From Catajapyx aquilonaris (Eukaryota), in NCBI GenBank assembly GCA_000934665.2, contig KZ538098.1, forward strand, positions 62,001 through 126,000: DNA of 64,000 bases, given 5' to 3'. Under the pieces are notes generated by a model. It had not been told where the DNA came from, searched no databases, and saw only the letters and a program-made list of their open reading frames with translations. The first letter of the stretch is position 1, and each line of letters begins with the position of its first letter. This document shows, in pieces, positions 1 through 11,684 of the stretch. The position numbers were made by a program, and so were the translations under genes.

Positions 1-20
1 TCAAGTTGTGCTCGTCCTCA
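1..20 (-). CDS. Dys: Dystrophin exon (~DMD exon 74 equivalent), truncated by window edge
   Basis: Acceptor tttttttccatcttgcag|T then GAG GAC GAG CAC AAC TTG = (S)EDEHNL, resembling human DDEHLL; phase 2 fits the preceding exon. Confidence 0.88.
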
Positions 21-821
21 CTGCAAGATGGAAAAAAATAATGCGGTTCATTTACCTGTGAATGCTTCCGATTAAAAAGATTTGCCCGACAACAAATCCA
101 TCGTCATTAATAAAATGAAACTCACCATAATGGATAAGAACATTGCACATTATCGAATTGTTGTGTGATCCTAGCAATTTTTCAATAGTCGCGGAAAACT
201 TTTGTGGAACGGAGCAACTTCGTTACAGGCAAGTTTCACTGTACTAATAACGAGAGGTCGTCAGACTTTCAAGGCCAGAACACACATCACCTGCAATTCC
301 AGGCCTGTCTTGAACATTCTTCTACGAAACATTGCACTAATCTATTAGGATGTAATATCGGGTCTAACTATACATGGCAATTCTACGTCTATTGATGATG
401 AGAGTTTCCCATCTTTTCGCTAAGAATCAGCGTGAATTAAGAACATCCCATCATCCTATTCAGGGGGGGGCCTACTAATTTGTAAAACACCTTCGATACG
501 TACCCAATGCAAACCCAATTGGGGGGCTTGGAGGGCCTGTTGTTTGCCAGCGGGAGAATGGAAGCGGTTGTAACAGTGTGTCAACACAAATATCATCGAC
601 TTTTAGAAATGTGCCATCAACATCAACTTTACGTTTAGCAGTGTGTAAAGGATAGGCCTGTAATTACAGCTGCTACCAAAATATCGTTAAAGTAGCATCG
701 CCACATTTGGAAAAAGCACGAGAGAATTAAACGCACCATTTACAAGGTCTTTTCGTAAGGCTGTGATGACTTGCCATTAAACAATTACAGTATGTTACAG
801 CGTGTAAACGGAGACACTCAC

Positions 822-1078
822 GAGTCGGGTGTGGAGTTGGACCTCGCCCTCAGCTCAACTTCGGCCAGCCTTGAAGCGTACAACTCCAGGCGCGTGTGCA
901 TGTCTTGTGCAATGCTGCCGTGCTGTGGGGATGGAGCAGGACTCTCCAGAGCATCGCCTTCAAGCACCGTCTGCACTGGGAGGTACCCAATGCGGGGATG
1001 CTTCTTGAAGTAGCGCTTGGACTTGAAGCGGTTTCGGAGGGCACGAGTGAAATCACGTACGTCCTCACCTGATGTCGT
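822..1078 (-). CDS. Dys: Dystrophin exon: C-terminal region including syntrophin-binding segment (~DMD exons 70/72/73), 257 bp
   Basis: Acceptor aaccag|ACG, donor TC|gtgagt; [52 protein letters not shown]...[17 protein letters not shown]...TPD(S). Confidence 0.97.
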
Positions 1079-1169
1079 CTGGTTGTTTATAAAAGATGAG
1101 ATGCAACAGTTTAATCCAACAAATAAAGTAATCCCCTCATGTCCCATTTTTGAAAATCCATTCACTTAC

Positions 1170-1281
1170 GGCAGTGCAATATTCCTGCATGGGATGTGTC
1201 AGCTTGTGGTTCTTTGCCTTCCGCCCAGAGAAGAAGCAGTTCTGGCACATGTCAAAGTTGAAGCACTTCAAGCACCGGTAC
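1170..1281 (-). CDS. Dys: Dystrophin exon: ZZ zinc finger (~DMD exon 69), 112 bp
   Basis: Acceptor gtgcag|G, donor GCC|gtaagt; [37 protein letters not shown]. Confidence 0.97.
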
Positions 1282-1356
1282 CTGCACAACACAAACACAA
1301 GTGATGTATTCCCGAAGTAAAGCTATTTGTTTCCTTCCCACCGAGGCTGGACTGAC

Positions 1357-1684
1357 CTGAACCCAACAATGGGATATTCTTTGCAGATGTTGCACTTTGC
1401 CTGGTGCTTGGCAGTCTCCGCAGCAGCCAGCCTGTGCAACACTGGAAGCCACACCATGCTCTGCGGCTCCTGCTGCATCCAAGAGAGGAAGTGGACGGCC
1501 TCTATGCTCTGTCTCTCCTTCCCGGCCTTGGTGAAGCAGCTCCTCACTGACGGCTCGATGTTGGATCCCCCAAAAGCAGCCACCTCTCCAAGCTGGCGGG
1601 GAATCTGGATACAATCGTGCAGAAGAAGGCCCAACTTGCGCTGGTCAGCCAGTCGGTTGGGGTCGGCTATCAGTCGGAAGAGGT
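1357..1684 (-). CDS. Dys: Dystrophin exon: EF-hand end and ZZ start (~DMD exons 67-68), 328 bp
   Basis: Acceptor gtgcag|AC, donor AG|gtcagt; (Y)LFRLIAD...[32 protein letters not shown]...[37 protein letters not shown](R). Confidence 0.98.
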
Positions 1685-1742
1685 CTGCACAAAATAGAAG
1701 CACGTTAAATGCCTTCATCGCCATGCAAATGATCTAACTCAC

Positions 1743-2033
1743 ATCTGTATTTCTCCTCCAGATGTCCCTTGCAGAGCAGCACAAGTCCAACCTTGAATGA
1801 CAGCACGCGTATCTGTCCTGTGCGCTGAGAATCGTACACGTTGAGCAGCCAGTTCACACACATGTCAATGCAGAGTGGGACGTTGACCATCGTTGGATTG
1901 TCCGCAGCTATGGTTTCGTATAATGAAGTCAAGACTGTCACCATGTCCGGGACATCTATCAGCTTGTCGTTCTGAGCTCGGAGTCCATGCGCATCAAAAG
2001 CATCCGTAGCTGATGGGAGGTTCAGCATATCCA
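1743..2033 (-). CDS. Dys: Dystrophin exon: EF-hand region (~DMD exons 65-66), 291 bp
   Basis: Acceptor ggacag|TG, donor T|gtgagt; (L)[13 protein letters not shown]...[48 protein letters not shown]. Confidence 0.97.
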
Positions 2034-2605
2034 CTGTCCGCAAATGAAACACAGCGCATTAATATAAATAACCATAAAATAGGAGCCCTAGAATCGTGTA
2101 ACACATCATAAACTTTCAAGTACTTATAAGTCCAAATGCAATGCGGGGGGGAAAGTTCCCTCCTCTTCCTGCCAGCACTTTAATTGGAACTCTCTAAAGC
2201 CATGTGCAACTAAGATAAGAAGTTTGGTCATTTCAGATGCTAACTTGGGTGATTTTAATTGCAAGTAGAACTTTCTCATTGAGCTGCTTCAATAATCAAA
2301 GTTTATGCATTCCAATCCGAAAAGAACCAAAGTAATTACACAAATGTTCAATTAGACGCCCCCCACAAAGCGCCCAATATTTTCAAATAATATCATGGTC
2401 AACATTACTCCAAAATTCATAATAAATTGCCACTTGCAAAATTGTTTTGCAATGTGCCACAGATTCAATATTTTAGTTATGATCTATAATTTTTTCCTTT
2501 GTATTGCACTTGTTGTACTTGAAAAAATATACTTGTGCGAGTTTAATTTTTAAGTTTAAAAAATGCAAATTCCTTAACGATGAGTTTAAATAAGGCGCAA
2601 CTCAC

Positions 2606-2742
2606 AGCAGATTTTCTTCTGCACTGTCCTCAGTTTCATCGCTGTCCGATATGCGGAGAACCTGACTTCGTTGAGATCACCGAGGGAGTTGATCAGTTGG
2701 GTCATCTTCGGATGGTCCCAGTTCGTGGTCTCCAACTGATGG
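2606..2742 (-). CDS. Dys: Dystrophin exon: WW second half and start of EF-hand region (~DMD exons 63-64), 137 bp
   Basis: Acceptor gtaccag|C, donor T|gtgagt; [45 protein letters not shown]. Confidence 0.97.
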
Positions 2743-2818
2743 CTGGTACACACATAAATATGTCAGTATGTCACGTAATATGTCAGACAAAATAATGCAA
2801 GGTTGTTGCGATACTCAC

Positions 2819-3105
2819 TTGATGTAGTAAGGCACCTTGTTGGCGGTGAGTGCCCTCTCCCATGGATGCTCCACGGATGCGGCCAGGAAACCTTGCTGCA
2901 GCGGGGAGTCATCCTTTCCACTGTCGGTCAGCTGCTTGTACCGGTCGTCCATTGCCAGTTGCAGGAGCTTCCAACGGGTGTTCAGGTCCTCCAGGCGGTT
3001 CAGGTTCATCTGGGACACCAGCACGGTGCCTTGGGTGAATCCCGCTGCCTGGTCGTTGATGTCCTCCACACTACGCTGGATTGGGGACAGCTGCTCGTTG
3101 AATTT
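2819..3105 (-). CDS. Dys: Dystrophin exon: end of last spectrin repeat, hinge, first half of WW domain (~DMD exons 60-62), 287 bp
   Basis: Acceptor cccaccag|AAA, donor AA|gtgagt; KFNEQLSPIQRSVEDINDQA...RLEDLNTRWKLLQ...SVEHPWERALTANKVPYYI(N). Confidence 0.97.
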
Positions 3106-3731
3106 CTGGTGGGAGGAAAAATGCAAGGGTCAGTCACCCACATCTTTGTAAATAAAAGATGCGTCAAGGTGAGCAGCCACCTTCACAAAGCATTAGCACA
3201 ATTCAAGGGTGATAATTAATTTCACCTACCATTTGTCATGCGATAATTACACGGCTGTACATCCAGCAAGAATTTTCTGTTTTGACGTACAGCTGTCCAT
3301 TAGTAAATAACAACAACGGAAGCATCCGACATGATTCATTCACAGAAAAAGCTTTTGAGCTGATATTGTAACAGCGGGGACACCCCAATTAATTCAGACA
3401 CAGTTCACAAAACTTTTCAGCCGAGGTGCTAAATATTTGCACCAACTGTTTGAACTGGACACAGCAAAATGTGTCATACTGGCAGTTACAAAGTACAGGT
3501 ACTCCCATTAGGGGCTACCATAATATTTAAACATTCCACTAGCATTTTATGCCGCTGCTAATACATCACTTCCCACTAAAAAATTTTACAGCTAAATAAA
3601 TAAACGGTAGTTTTAAGAGCAGCTCAGTCAACATTATCAGGTCAACATTATCACAAAAAGTTTTGGCTGAAAATGAAGACTCGCCAAAATGGCCAAAATG
3701 CAAAAATTGTCGACCCCAGCAACCGGCTTAC

Positions 3732-3860
3732 CCTGAGTTGGTCCAGCATTTCGGGGACGTCGCTGGCGTCTGCCGGGTTCTGCCAGTGGTTCTTGACCGC
3801 TTCGGCCGAGGTCAGCCTGGAGTCCAGCTCGTCCATGCTCTTCTGGAAAACCCGCATCTT
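3732..3860 (-). CDS. Dys: Dystrophin exon (3' part of DMD exon 59 equivalent), 129 bp
   Basis: Acceptor gttgcag|AAG, donor AGG|gtaagc; KMRVFQKSMDELDSRLTSAEAVKNHWQNPADASDVPEMLDQLR; phase 0/0. Confidence 0.94.
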
Positions 3861-4650
3861 CTGCAACACAACAAAACAAAAACCGGTCATTTTTCCCCCT
3901 CAACAAAGAGACAGCTGTACCTCAACCAGGATCAACCACCGAAACGTCTCACAGACGGCAACCATTTCTTTTTCCCCTCACCCTGTCTCCCCCCCCCCCC
4001 CCCCAAAAACNAAAAGAAAGGTATGGCGGTAACCCACTCTCTTCAATATACGAACAAGGCCCATAAAAGAGGAGGCACCCACACACACACACCTTTTCTC
4101 CCCAGGCACCGTCTGCATAACGTCGATAAGCCGCCGGCTGGGTCTATCGCCTATAAATGCCAATGTTGGAAAAAAAGGCGAAGGGAAGGCTATGGCATCA
4201 ATCTCTCAAGGCCCGGGCCCCTCTCTCTCTCTTTTTTTTGGTGGGTGTGAACCCTCTACCTTAAGAGAAAAAGCTCGGTTGCCAATTTGGGCATCTCACT
4301 TTCACTCCCCAACAGTCGTTCCAAGGCCCCCAAACAACAAGGAACCATTAGTATCATACCCGAAATATTTTTTTTTTTTGTGGGCGGATGCTGCGTCAGG
4401 GGTTTCAAAAAATATATCATTTTTTTTTGGAGATGTGCACAGATATGCTGAAGTACGTGACAAAATACGAAGGCAACAACTTTTGGACGCCTCGGGCTTG
4501 AAACTTGTCTTCCCCGAAAGTGAAACTACGCCCTTTCGACCTCGGCGGACAATAACGGGTGTGAACTGAATCTACAATTTATTCTAATGTTCGGTCAATC
4601 TCTTTTTTATTAACTATATGCAACTACTACATGTTGAATCATCGCCATAG

Positions 4651-4943
4651 TTTTCACTTTCCACATTCAACAATTCAACTAAAAATTAGAGGACATATGG
4701 CGGTCAGAGAGGGTGGGACCCACTTCAATGGAGGCGAGACACGTACTGGTTAGGGCTTTGTCCGCACATTGACCCATCACCAACGTGCATGTAGTGTACG
4801 TTCCCCCTGTGGCCACTTCCGTCCTCTAATATTGCTGAATGAGGAAAGTAGAAAGCGGGGAAAGTAGTATAGCGTCGAAACGTCCTAGTGGGCTTTGTCC
4901 GCGCAGTGACTCATCACCAACGTGCTTGTAGTACTACTTTCCC
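4651..4943. repeat. Composite direct/inverted repeat (transposon-relic-like)
   Basis: 43-bp direct repeat 4753-4795 / 4890-4932 (39/43 identical); inverted arms about 4651-4713 / 4803-4854 and 4858-4869 / 4932-4943. Confidence 0.65.
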
Positions 4944-6083
4944 ACTGAGAGCGGCACTACTGTGCAGAGAGGGAGCTTATGCGTCAACTGGTACGTCCAA
5001 GTGGGGGTTTAGGAGACCAAGTAGTGTTGCCAAAATTTGACAACGGGTCCGCTACTAGTATGTCCATGTACGCAAAATTTGACAGGCTAATTCGCGAATC
5101 ATTACAAAAGTAATTGCCCGAACCCGCCATAATTTCTCCAGACAAGTTTGGAGTCGACAAAAAAAAGAGCACTGAAGAGGGGGGGCTGAGAGAGTTTGAA
5201 AATCTCCCCCACCCCCGCCTCATAATAATCACCCAGGTTGTGCATAAATTACTTCCATTTAATTAAAGTCCCGTTGTGTTCGGGATTTAGCGTTTGAGTT
5301 GCTATTTCCCGGAGCGGGCGAGAATCAGCCATAAAAGTGGCAGATGGCGGCAAAAGCCGAAAGCCCTCTGGCTTCACAGAGAGAGGGTGGGGAGGGGTGG
5401 TAGTGAGTGTTTATCGACAGCCATTAGGTCCCCATCAGCCATCGGGATAATCGCCAGGTTAAGGAGCATTAACGAGCCGGCACCGCTGGACCAGCTTTCA
5501 AACCTGGCGATAATCAAACAACCAAAAAAAGGAAGCCATCGTCCAACTTTGATTGCTTCCCACCACCCTCTTTATTATGAACAACTTCCTTCTCTTTTAA
5601 CCCCTTCTCTAAATCGCCCCCCAACAGTGGGTGGTGGGGTGCTGACAACTAATTCTTGAGCGCTAGTCAACAAAATGGGCAGACTCGTAAAATTGAGAGC
5701 CCTCACCCCCCAAAAAACTAGGGGGGGATCTAGAGGTTTAAAAAAAAAATCGCAGCTCCGAGTGCAGCAGAGATAAGGCCTCGCTCTAATTACTCCTGGA
5801 TAATGAGGCTGCCGTATTTTTTAGGCGAAAAAAATTTTAAAGCCTCCTCTCTGCAGGTTGACAGCGTCCAGGAAGCAACACTGGGTTGCCATCAAGGAGT
5901 GTACGAGCTTGTATCTGCGAGAGAGGCTCTAAGTTAAACTAGGGGATATGTAAAATTCAAAAGGCCTGCTTGTCGAGTTTTCTTCGTGTGCAGGGAAAAT
6001 GCTCTAAGTACATTTTGCTGGGCTGAATAAAAATAGTCGCAACGTGCAGGTGAATCCAGAATTTCTCTTAAGAGTTACACTGC

Positions 6084-6145
6084 TAGTTACTGCTAACTTG
6101 GCAGTATCATTGCCAACACTGGTGCTGCTAAGTTAGCAGTAACTA
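6084..6145. repeat. Short inverted repeat (hairpin)
   Basis: tagttactgctaacttggcagtat versus the reverse complement of gtgctgctaagttagcagtaacta: 21/24 match. Confidence 0.75.
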
Positions 6146-7458
6146 ACAGATAGGTCAGATTGCAATGACGTATATTTTTGTACGAATAACATGGGACAGT
6201 CCGCTAGCAAATTGTTCAGCATCGAAATATGTGATAGGGTTTGGCTGATTTGTGGTACACCCTGTTCAATGTTGCCTGTAAATCGTGCAACCCGATTCTG
6301 ACTGCACAATATGCGAGTATTAAATGCCACTGGTTTAATTTGATATCACCACGGTTCCGCCCACCCAGCTCGTCTAATGGGTGTACTACACACACTGCAA
6401 TATGTATGCCATGCATGCAGCCCCAGCTAACCCACAATTGAGTGAGCGGATCACTCGATATGTCCATTGCGGTACATTACATTTCAAAGTGTGTGTGTTT
6501 TTTTCTTCACTCTCTCAAAAATGCAGGACTATCTAAAACGATCCTCTGGTCTGAAACCGTTTGCCTTTTGAAACATTTAAGCAACCCTCGACTGTCGCTA
6601 TAGGTGCAAATGAATGGACCGTGGTGTTGGTCCACACCACAGGGCATCAATTTTCAATCGCAACCTAGCACTTCCCCTCGCATGGGCCAATTTAGGCCCG
6701 GCTAATAGTTTATTTCGCAGCCTTTTCCCAATGATGTCGAGCTGTTTAAATCGTCAATTGAAAATTACTCCCAACTTTTTTAAATTAACATTAAGTGCGA
6801 CGCCATCAAATGGACACGATGTACTCTCAGGTTATGTCATGTGAATTTCTATACATACCGGCACTTAATTTGTGTTCATGCATCTACAAAGGGGATGCAA
6901 AATGTGATTAACTCTCTCCAATCCATCATGCGGGTTCTACATATTGGCGAGAGTAATCCATCAGTTTAATCAGCAAGTATTTTGCAATAAAATAAGCTTC
7001 TAAGCATCTATAAGGTGAACTCCTTGGCACAATGAGGTCGTCCGCACAGCCTCGTTTACCCTCGAAATAATCAGCATTAATCAAAGAGTGAATCATACCA
7101 TATCCCAAGTCGCGGATACAGCCTGCGACACTCCCATCGCCTCGGAGACCGCTTGCTGCACCTGATGAGATCGCAATTCAAATTATTATATAAAATGGCA
7201 CATTACACATGGAAAAAAATGGCCGAGCGAAAAGCACTGCATACTTTACGTAACATATAATCTCCGCAATGAGACCGACCAAAATGACAAGTGCTCAGGA
7301 GTTCACCATCAAAAATTTGTCTCATTAATTTTAAAGCACCGATTGTTCCAGCCGAATTGTCCGCATTTTTTTTCTTCAAGCAGTTACTTTCAAGAGTTTG
7401 GGTGTATCCTTCGCATTAACAAGGCCAGATATAAATATGTAATGAGAGTGTAACTTAC

Positions 7459-7625
7459 AGCCAGAGTGTCGTCCAGTTTCCTCTGCCAGTGGTCCGACCG
7501 CTCGATGAGTCCGTTCCACTTCTCCGAGAGCTTGTTGACCTCTCTCCGGATGCTCCGGGTCAACTCTCTGGCCTGCTCTTCCGCCGACCTGTAACCCCTC
7601 GAATCAGCATCCAGTTCCCTTCCAG
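7459..7625 (-). CDS. Dys: Dystrophin exon (5' part of DMD exon 59 equivalent), 167 bp
   Basis: Acceptor tttatttcag|CT, donor GCT|gtaagt; (A)GRELDADSRGYRSAEEQARELTRSIRREVNKLSEKWNGLIERSDHWQRKLDDTLA; phases 1 and 0. Confidence 0.95.
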
Positions 7626-10252
7626 CTGAAATAAACAAAACAAAACAAAAAAAAAGTTGCATCAATTCTTTTGTACATGCCCACCGGTGCAAACACCCAC
7701 TCAAAAAAAAATGTATAATTGGTCCCCCCCAACCAGCAAGCTCACTACTGCATTTTCCGGGGAATGGACCCGTAATTAGAGCCCGGGTGACCCAACAAGA
7801 AAGACATTTTGATAATAATAATTCAGAGGGACAAAAATGTGTAATTAAATTCCGGGGAGTATAAATCCGGCGCAGTCCAAATGAAAATGGGGAGAGTGGA
7901 GGGGGCAGTGGTAACAAATGAATCCGGGCTTAATCCTGCGGGCAGCTGCCATTCCTTCAGCCTCTCTTTTTTTTTAGTTGGATCCGGAACAGGGCTTTAC
8001 TATAGGACCTGGCAGGAAACAGTGTTAAGCCTTTGTCCTCACAAGTAGCAGCTCTCATTACCATATAGGCGCGTACAAGAAGAAGCGAGAGAGAACTACC
8101 GGATTTTATTTTATACTTTTCCTTCCCCACTTTAAGAGAGAAAAAAAGGGCTCCGTATCACTGAAAAATGGCCCGGATATCTACACACACACCCACCTAA
8201 GTGCTCTTTCGGGCCATTTCTTCCCTCCGCCAGGAATTGCCCTGGAGATGTATCAGTAGAGTCCCTAGATGCCCCCGGAAAAAAAAGAGGAAGGGGGGTG
8301 CGGGGGAAGGAGAAAATAACCGGATTCCGATACGTCTCCCAATCTCCCAGAACTTTCAGGAAATACGAATTCACTTTAGTGACCTAAGGGAAGGTGAAAT
8401 TACTGCCTCAGAAAGGTGTGAGGTTACAATGACCAAAAGCCATTAGAAAGGTATACGAACCTGTGGGGCCAAATATACTGTAAAAAAAAAATCCAGCCGA
8501 ATTTTTTGGGGGGGTACAATTGTGGCATATCAGATTCTTCCTCAGTAATATTTCCTGTCGCGACCTGATGTCCAGCTGCTTGTGTCCGACACACACGCAT
8601 TCCTCCGGATAAAATATTCCGGGATCCATCCCAGCAGGTGGTTTAGAGATCTTAGTATCTCCCACTCTTTTTTTTTTCCTTTCTTTTTTTTTTTTTGAGG
8701 TCGGGCATGTGAAACGAGGCACAAAAAGAGTGGCCGGCATCGATTGGAATCTAGATGTAAGCCCCCGTCCTCCCTATACCTCCGGATCCTCCGGGAGACC
8801 CGGAAAAGTGCTCCGTGACAACGTCCATCTGAGACCACTCTCAGGTGAGGTTTTTTGGGTCGGGAAGCTCAGGTTTCCCAATGGAACATCCGCTCTCTTT
8901 TTTTTCATTATTTCCTCTTCCGGATAGAATTTGCCTTGATGTTATGGCATGAAACCTGCAGGCCTTTCCGTATGCATGCAAATGTAAGGCCCCCCTATCT
9001 TCAATTCAAAATAATCGGAACCAAAATTTTGCTAACACTATCAGCATAAATTACATGCTTCAAAATGAGACGTGCCCAACTTTTATGAGTCGTTAACTGG
9101 TTATGCGCGGAACTGGCCAGCATCAGCATATTTTCATATTTGCATCTATTCAGAATATGTAGCTTCTGAACATTACAGGGTGTGTCGTAATGATTCAAGC
9201 CAGTAGCTTCCATCAGAGTGATTCGAAGGAATGTCTTTGACCGCTGTAAAACTTTGATCAAGTTTCCCTTGGCTCCTCGAGCCCGCAGATTGATGCTCCC
9301 CCATTAAAATCCTCCACTCCCGAAAGCCAATGACAAATCGATGATTCGACTTCCATAATTCCGCGCATCCTTCAAGCAAGTACCGGGCACCGCAAAGTTT
9401 CCTTCCCCTCATTGGCCCAAATCCTTCAGCTTCCTCCAGCACCACCCAATTTTCTTAGAGCAAAAAAATGAAAGAAGAAAAAAAGGACAGCCTCATCCAT
9501 AAAAAAAATTCTTAACCCGCCCTGGTCTGGCTGTTCTTCCTTCGGCGCCTATTTTTTTTTATAAATTCCCATCGGATTTTGTAGGAACCATGCGTCAAGC
9601 CCCTGTCCCCTGATGCTGTCCGATAATCAATAGGCCCGACAGTATCAATACTGTTTTTGCAGATTCCGGACAGGATAAATGGGAGGAAATACTGGTGGGA
9701 ACAGCAGCAATTGGCTATAAAATGATGCCGCAGGAAAAGAATGTTTTGTTGAAGATTGTTGCACGTTGTGTTCTTTGGTCTAGTTGCAGTGAACATCATC
9801 GCCAAAGTGTGGGAAATGGTCGTCGCAGAAGGAAAAGGGGCCTCCAGAAATAGGTCCTAATGAGATTGGCCGACATGGAGGGGACAAGATTCGGGGCCAT
9901 AAATGTGTGGAGGAGAATGCAGCAAGCCTCGCAAAGTTAGGTGTCAGTGAACGCAGTGTGGTGCCAAGAGTGAGGTAGAGTCAGGGCAGAGAGGATAGGG
10001 GTGGGGGGAGAGAGAAGCGGCACCTCATCAGCGGCTCGTGTAGATATAAATCAATTAGAGGGCCAATTAGCGGGCGCCCTCGGGGGTCCAGTTAATCCTG
10101 CAAACGCTTCGCCGGAGAATTATGCAATGGCAAAGTGCGCAAGTCCTCTTCCTTTTTTCCTCCAAGCCCGAGCTACCTTTTCTCTCTCCTGCCTGTGATT
10201 AAGGATGGTCACAGGTCTGACCCCCCTGGGGAGGTCTAGTGGGGTCACTCAC

Positions 10253-10376
10253 CTTCGCTGTCGCTAGTGTCCGATAGCGGAGGCTCGCTGGCCACATATT
10301 GACGACCGCTCAGAAGGTTGGTCTCCACCACCGGTCTCTTGTCCTCCAGCTGCCTTCGGAAAGCCCTCTGGTCATC
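10253..10376 (-). CDS. Dys: Dystrophin exon (~DMD exon 58 equivalent), 124 bp
   Basis: Acceptor tttcag|GAT, donor GAAG|gtgagt; DDQRAFRRQLEDKRPVVETNLLSGRQYVASEPPLSDTSDSE; phases 0 and 1. Not in the ORF track. Confidence 0.95.
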
Positions 10377-10457
10377 CTGAAAGTGTTTAATATTAATTTA
10401 GCTTAACTATTAAAATTACTGCTCAGGCGGCCGAAAATGGCGAATAAAATTGGACGA

Positions 10458-10611
10458 TGTTATGCAATAATGAGTCAACCCACATGAGAACCATTTTGAG
10501 AAAATGGACTTTTGAAGGTCATACCACTGCAGAATTATGCAGATTTCACCAGCGTTAGGTATATGTCCATGGGCTTAGCTTAGTTGTGGGTTGACCTATT
10601 ATTGCATAACA
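10458..10611. mobile_element. MITE-like element with ~27-bp terminal inverted repeats
   Basis: tgttatgcaataatgagtcaacccaca ... tgtgggttgacctattattgcataaca (25/27 complementary); non-coding interior. Confidence 0.6.
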
Positions 10612-10615
10612 CCAG

Positions 10616-10725
10616 CGCTTTTGATGACGTATGGAGGACGCTTACAGGATACCAGATAAAGTGGTTATACAGTACGATTTTTTTTTCATCTGTTAACCCT
10701 CGTCCTCCGTACGTCATCAAAAGCG
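10616..10725. mobile_element. MITE-like element with 25-bp terminal inverted repeats
   Basis: cgcttttgatgacgtatggaggacg ... cgtcctccgtacgtcatcaaaagcg (24/25 complementary). Confidence 0.6.
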
Positions 10726-11291
10726 ACCTAGGCTTATAATCCGGTCAGCCCCCCAAAAGGTGGCTCGTGTAAATCCGCCTTTAAAACCAGCTTCCTCCAG
10801 TAATTAAGCAGGCTCATTCCCCCCCTACTTCGCAAGGTTGTGGACCCGAGGCTGCTGCGCAACAATCGACTCTCGGCCATTTTGTTCCCTCTCAGCACGT
10901 GGTCCGGCCTCGAGCAACAAAATGGCAGGTTATTGGTAGTCCATTACTGGCGATCAAAGTTCCGACAAAAGGGAGGCCTCGCTTGAATATTTAAAAGTGG
11001 AGGGCTTCTCGACGCCTGGGGTCTAATCCTCTTAGAGGGCCTCGGAGTTTCTGCGGGGGCCTAGCTCCTTTTTTTTGCACAGGTATCGGCAGTGTTTCGT
11101 CATGGCATGCAGCTGCTGGCACCACCCTTTTCATGAATAAGTCATGCTGGCCCCCGTGTGCTCAAGAGCAACTCCGGCCGAACTATTCGGGTTGCGGCTA
11201 ACCCCACGTGTTTATGAGGATGGAGAGTTTGCAATGGAGGGGGGGGCTTTTTGCGGGCTAAAATCCGCACAATGCACTTATTGTGGCTTAC

Positions 11292-11436
11292 CTGCTGTTT
11301 CTGCAGGATGGCTACGTCGCCTCCGACAGGGCCCAGTCCGGTCAGCTCCGTGTCCTTCCGGATGACCCACTCGATCAGCTCCCGGAGAGACAGCAAAAGA
11401 GCGTTCCAGTGCTCAGTGTTGCTCTCCAGACGATTC
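11292..11436 (-). CDS. Dys: Dystrophin exon (~DMD exon 57 equivalent), 145 bp
   Basis: Acceptor tttgcag|G, donor CAG|gtaagc; NRLESNTEHWNALLLSLRELIEWVIRKDTELTGLGPVGGDVAILQKQQ; phases 2 and 0. Confidence 0.96.
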
Positions 11437-11511
11437 CTGCAAATATTGGCACAACCATATTCACCTTTATTATAGGAAGCAAGGAATTTTTTTTAATGTG
11501 TTGGAACTTAC

Positions 11512-11684
11512 CTGATGGCGACGCTTTTGGCTTTGAGGTGGTGCCAACGCTGGTTCATCTCGTCGAGTCGTCGCTGGAGCATGACTGCATCTTCCTGACT
11601 TTCCAACGAGGCCAGCAATTTGCGCCCCGTCCCAGTGAGCGAAGAGAACACATCTTTGTGGCCCTCGATCTCCGACTGCAGGTC
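11512..11684 (-). CDS. Dys: Dystrophin exon (~DMD exon 56 equivalent), 173 bp
   Basis: Acceptor ggttag|GAC, donor AG|gtaagt; DLQSEIEGHKDVFSSLTGTGRKLLASLESQEDAVMLQRRLDEMNQRWHHLKAKSVAI(R), resembling human DLQGEIEAH...DAVLLQRRLD; phases 0 and 2. Confidence 0.96.

Noticed and set aside
771..4250. Plus-strand ORFs such as 1327-1737, 2803-3219 and 3663-4250
   Set aside because: Antisense shadows of dystrophin exons.
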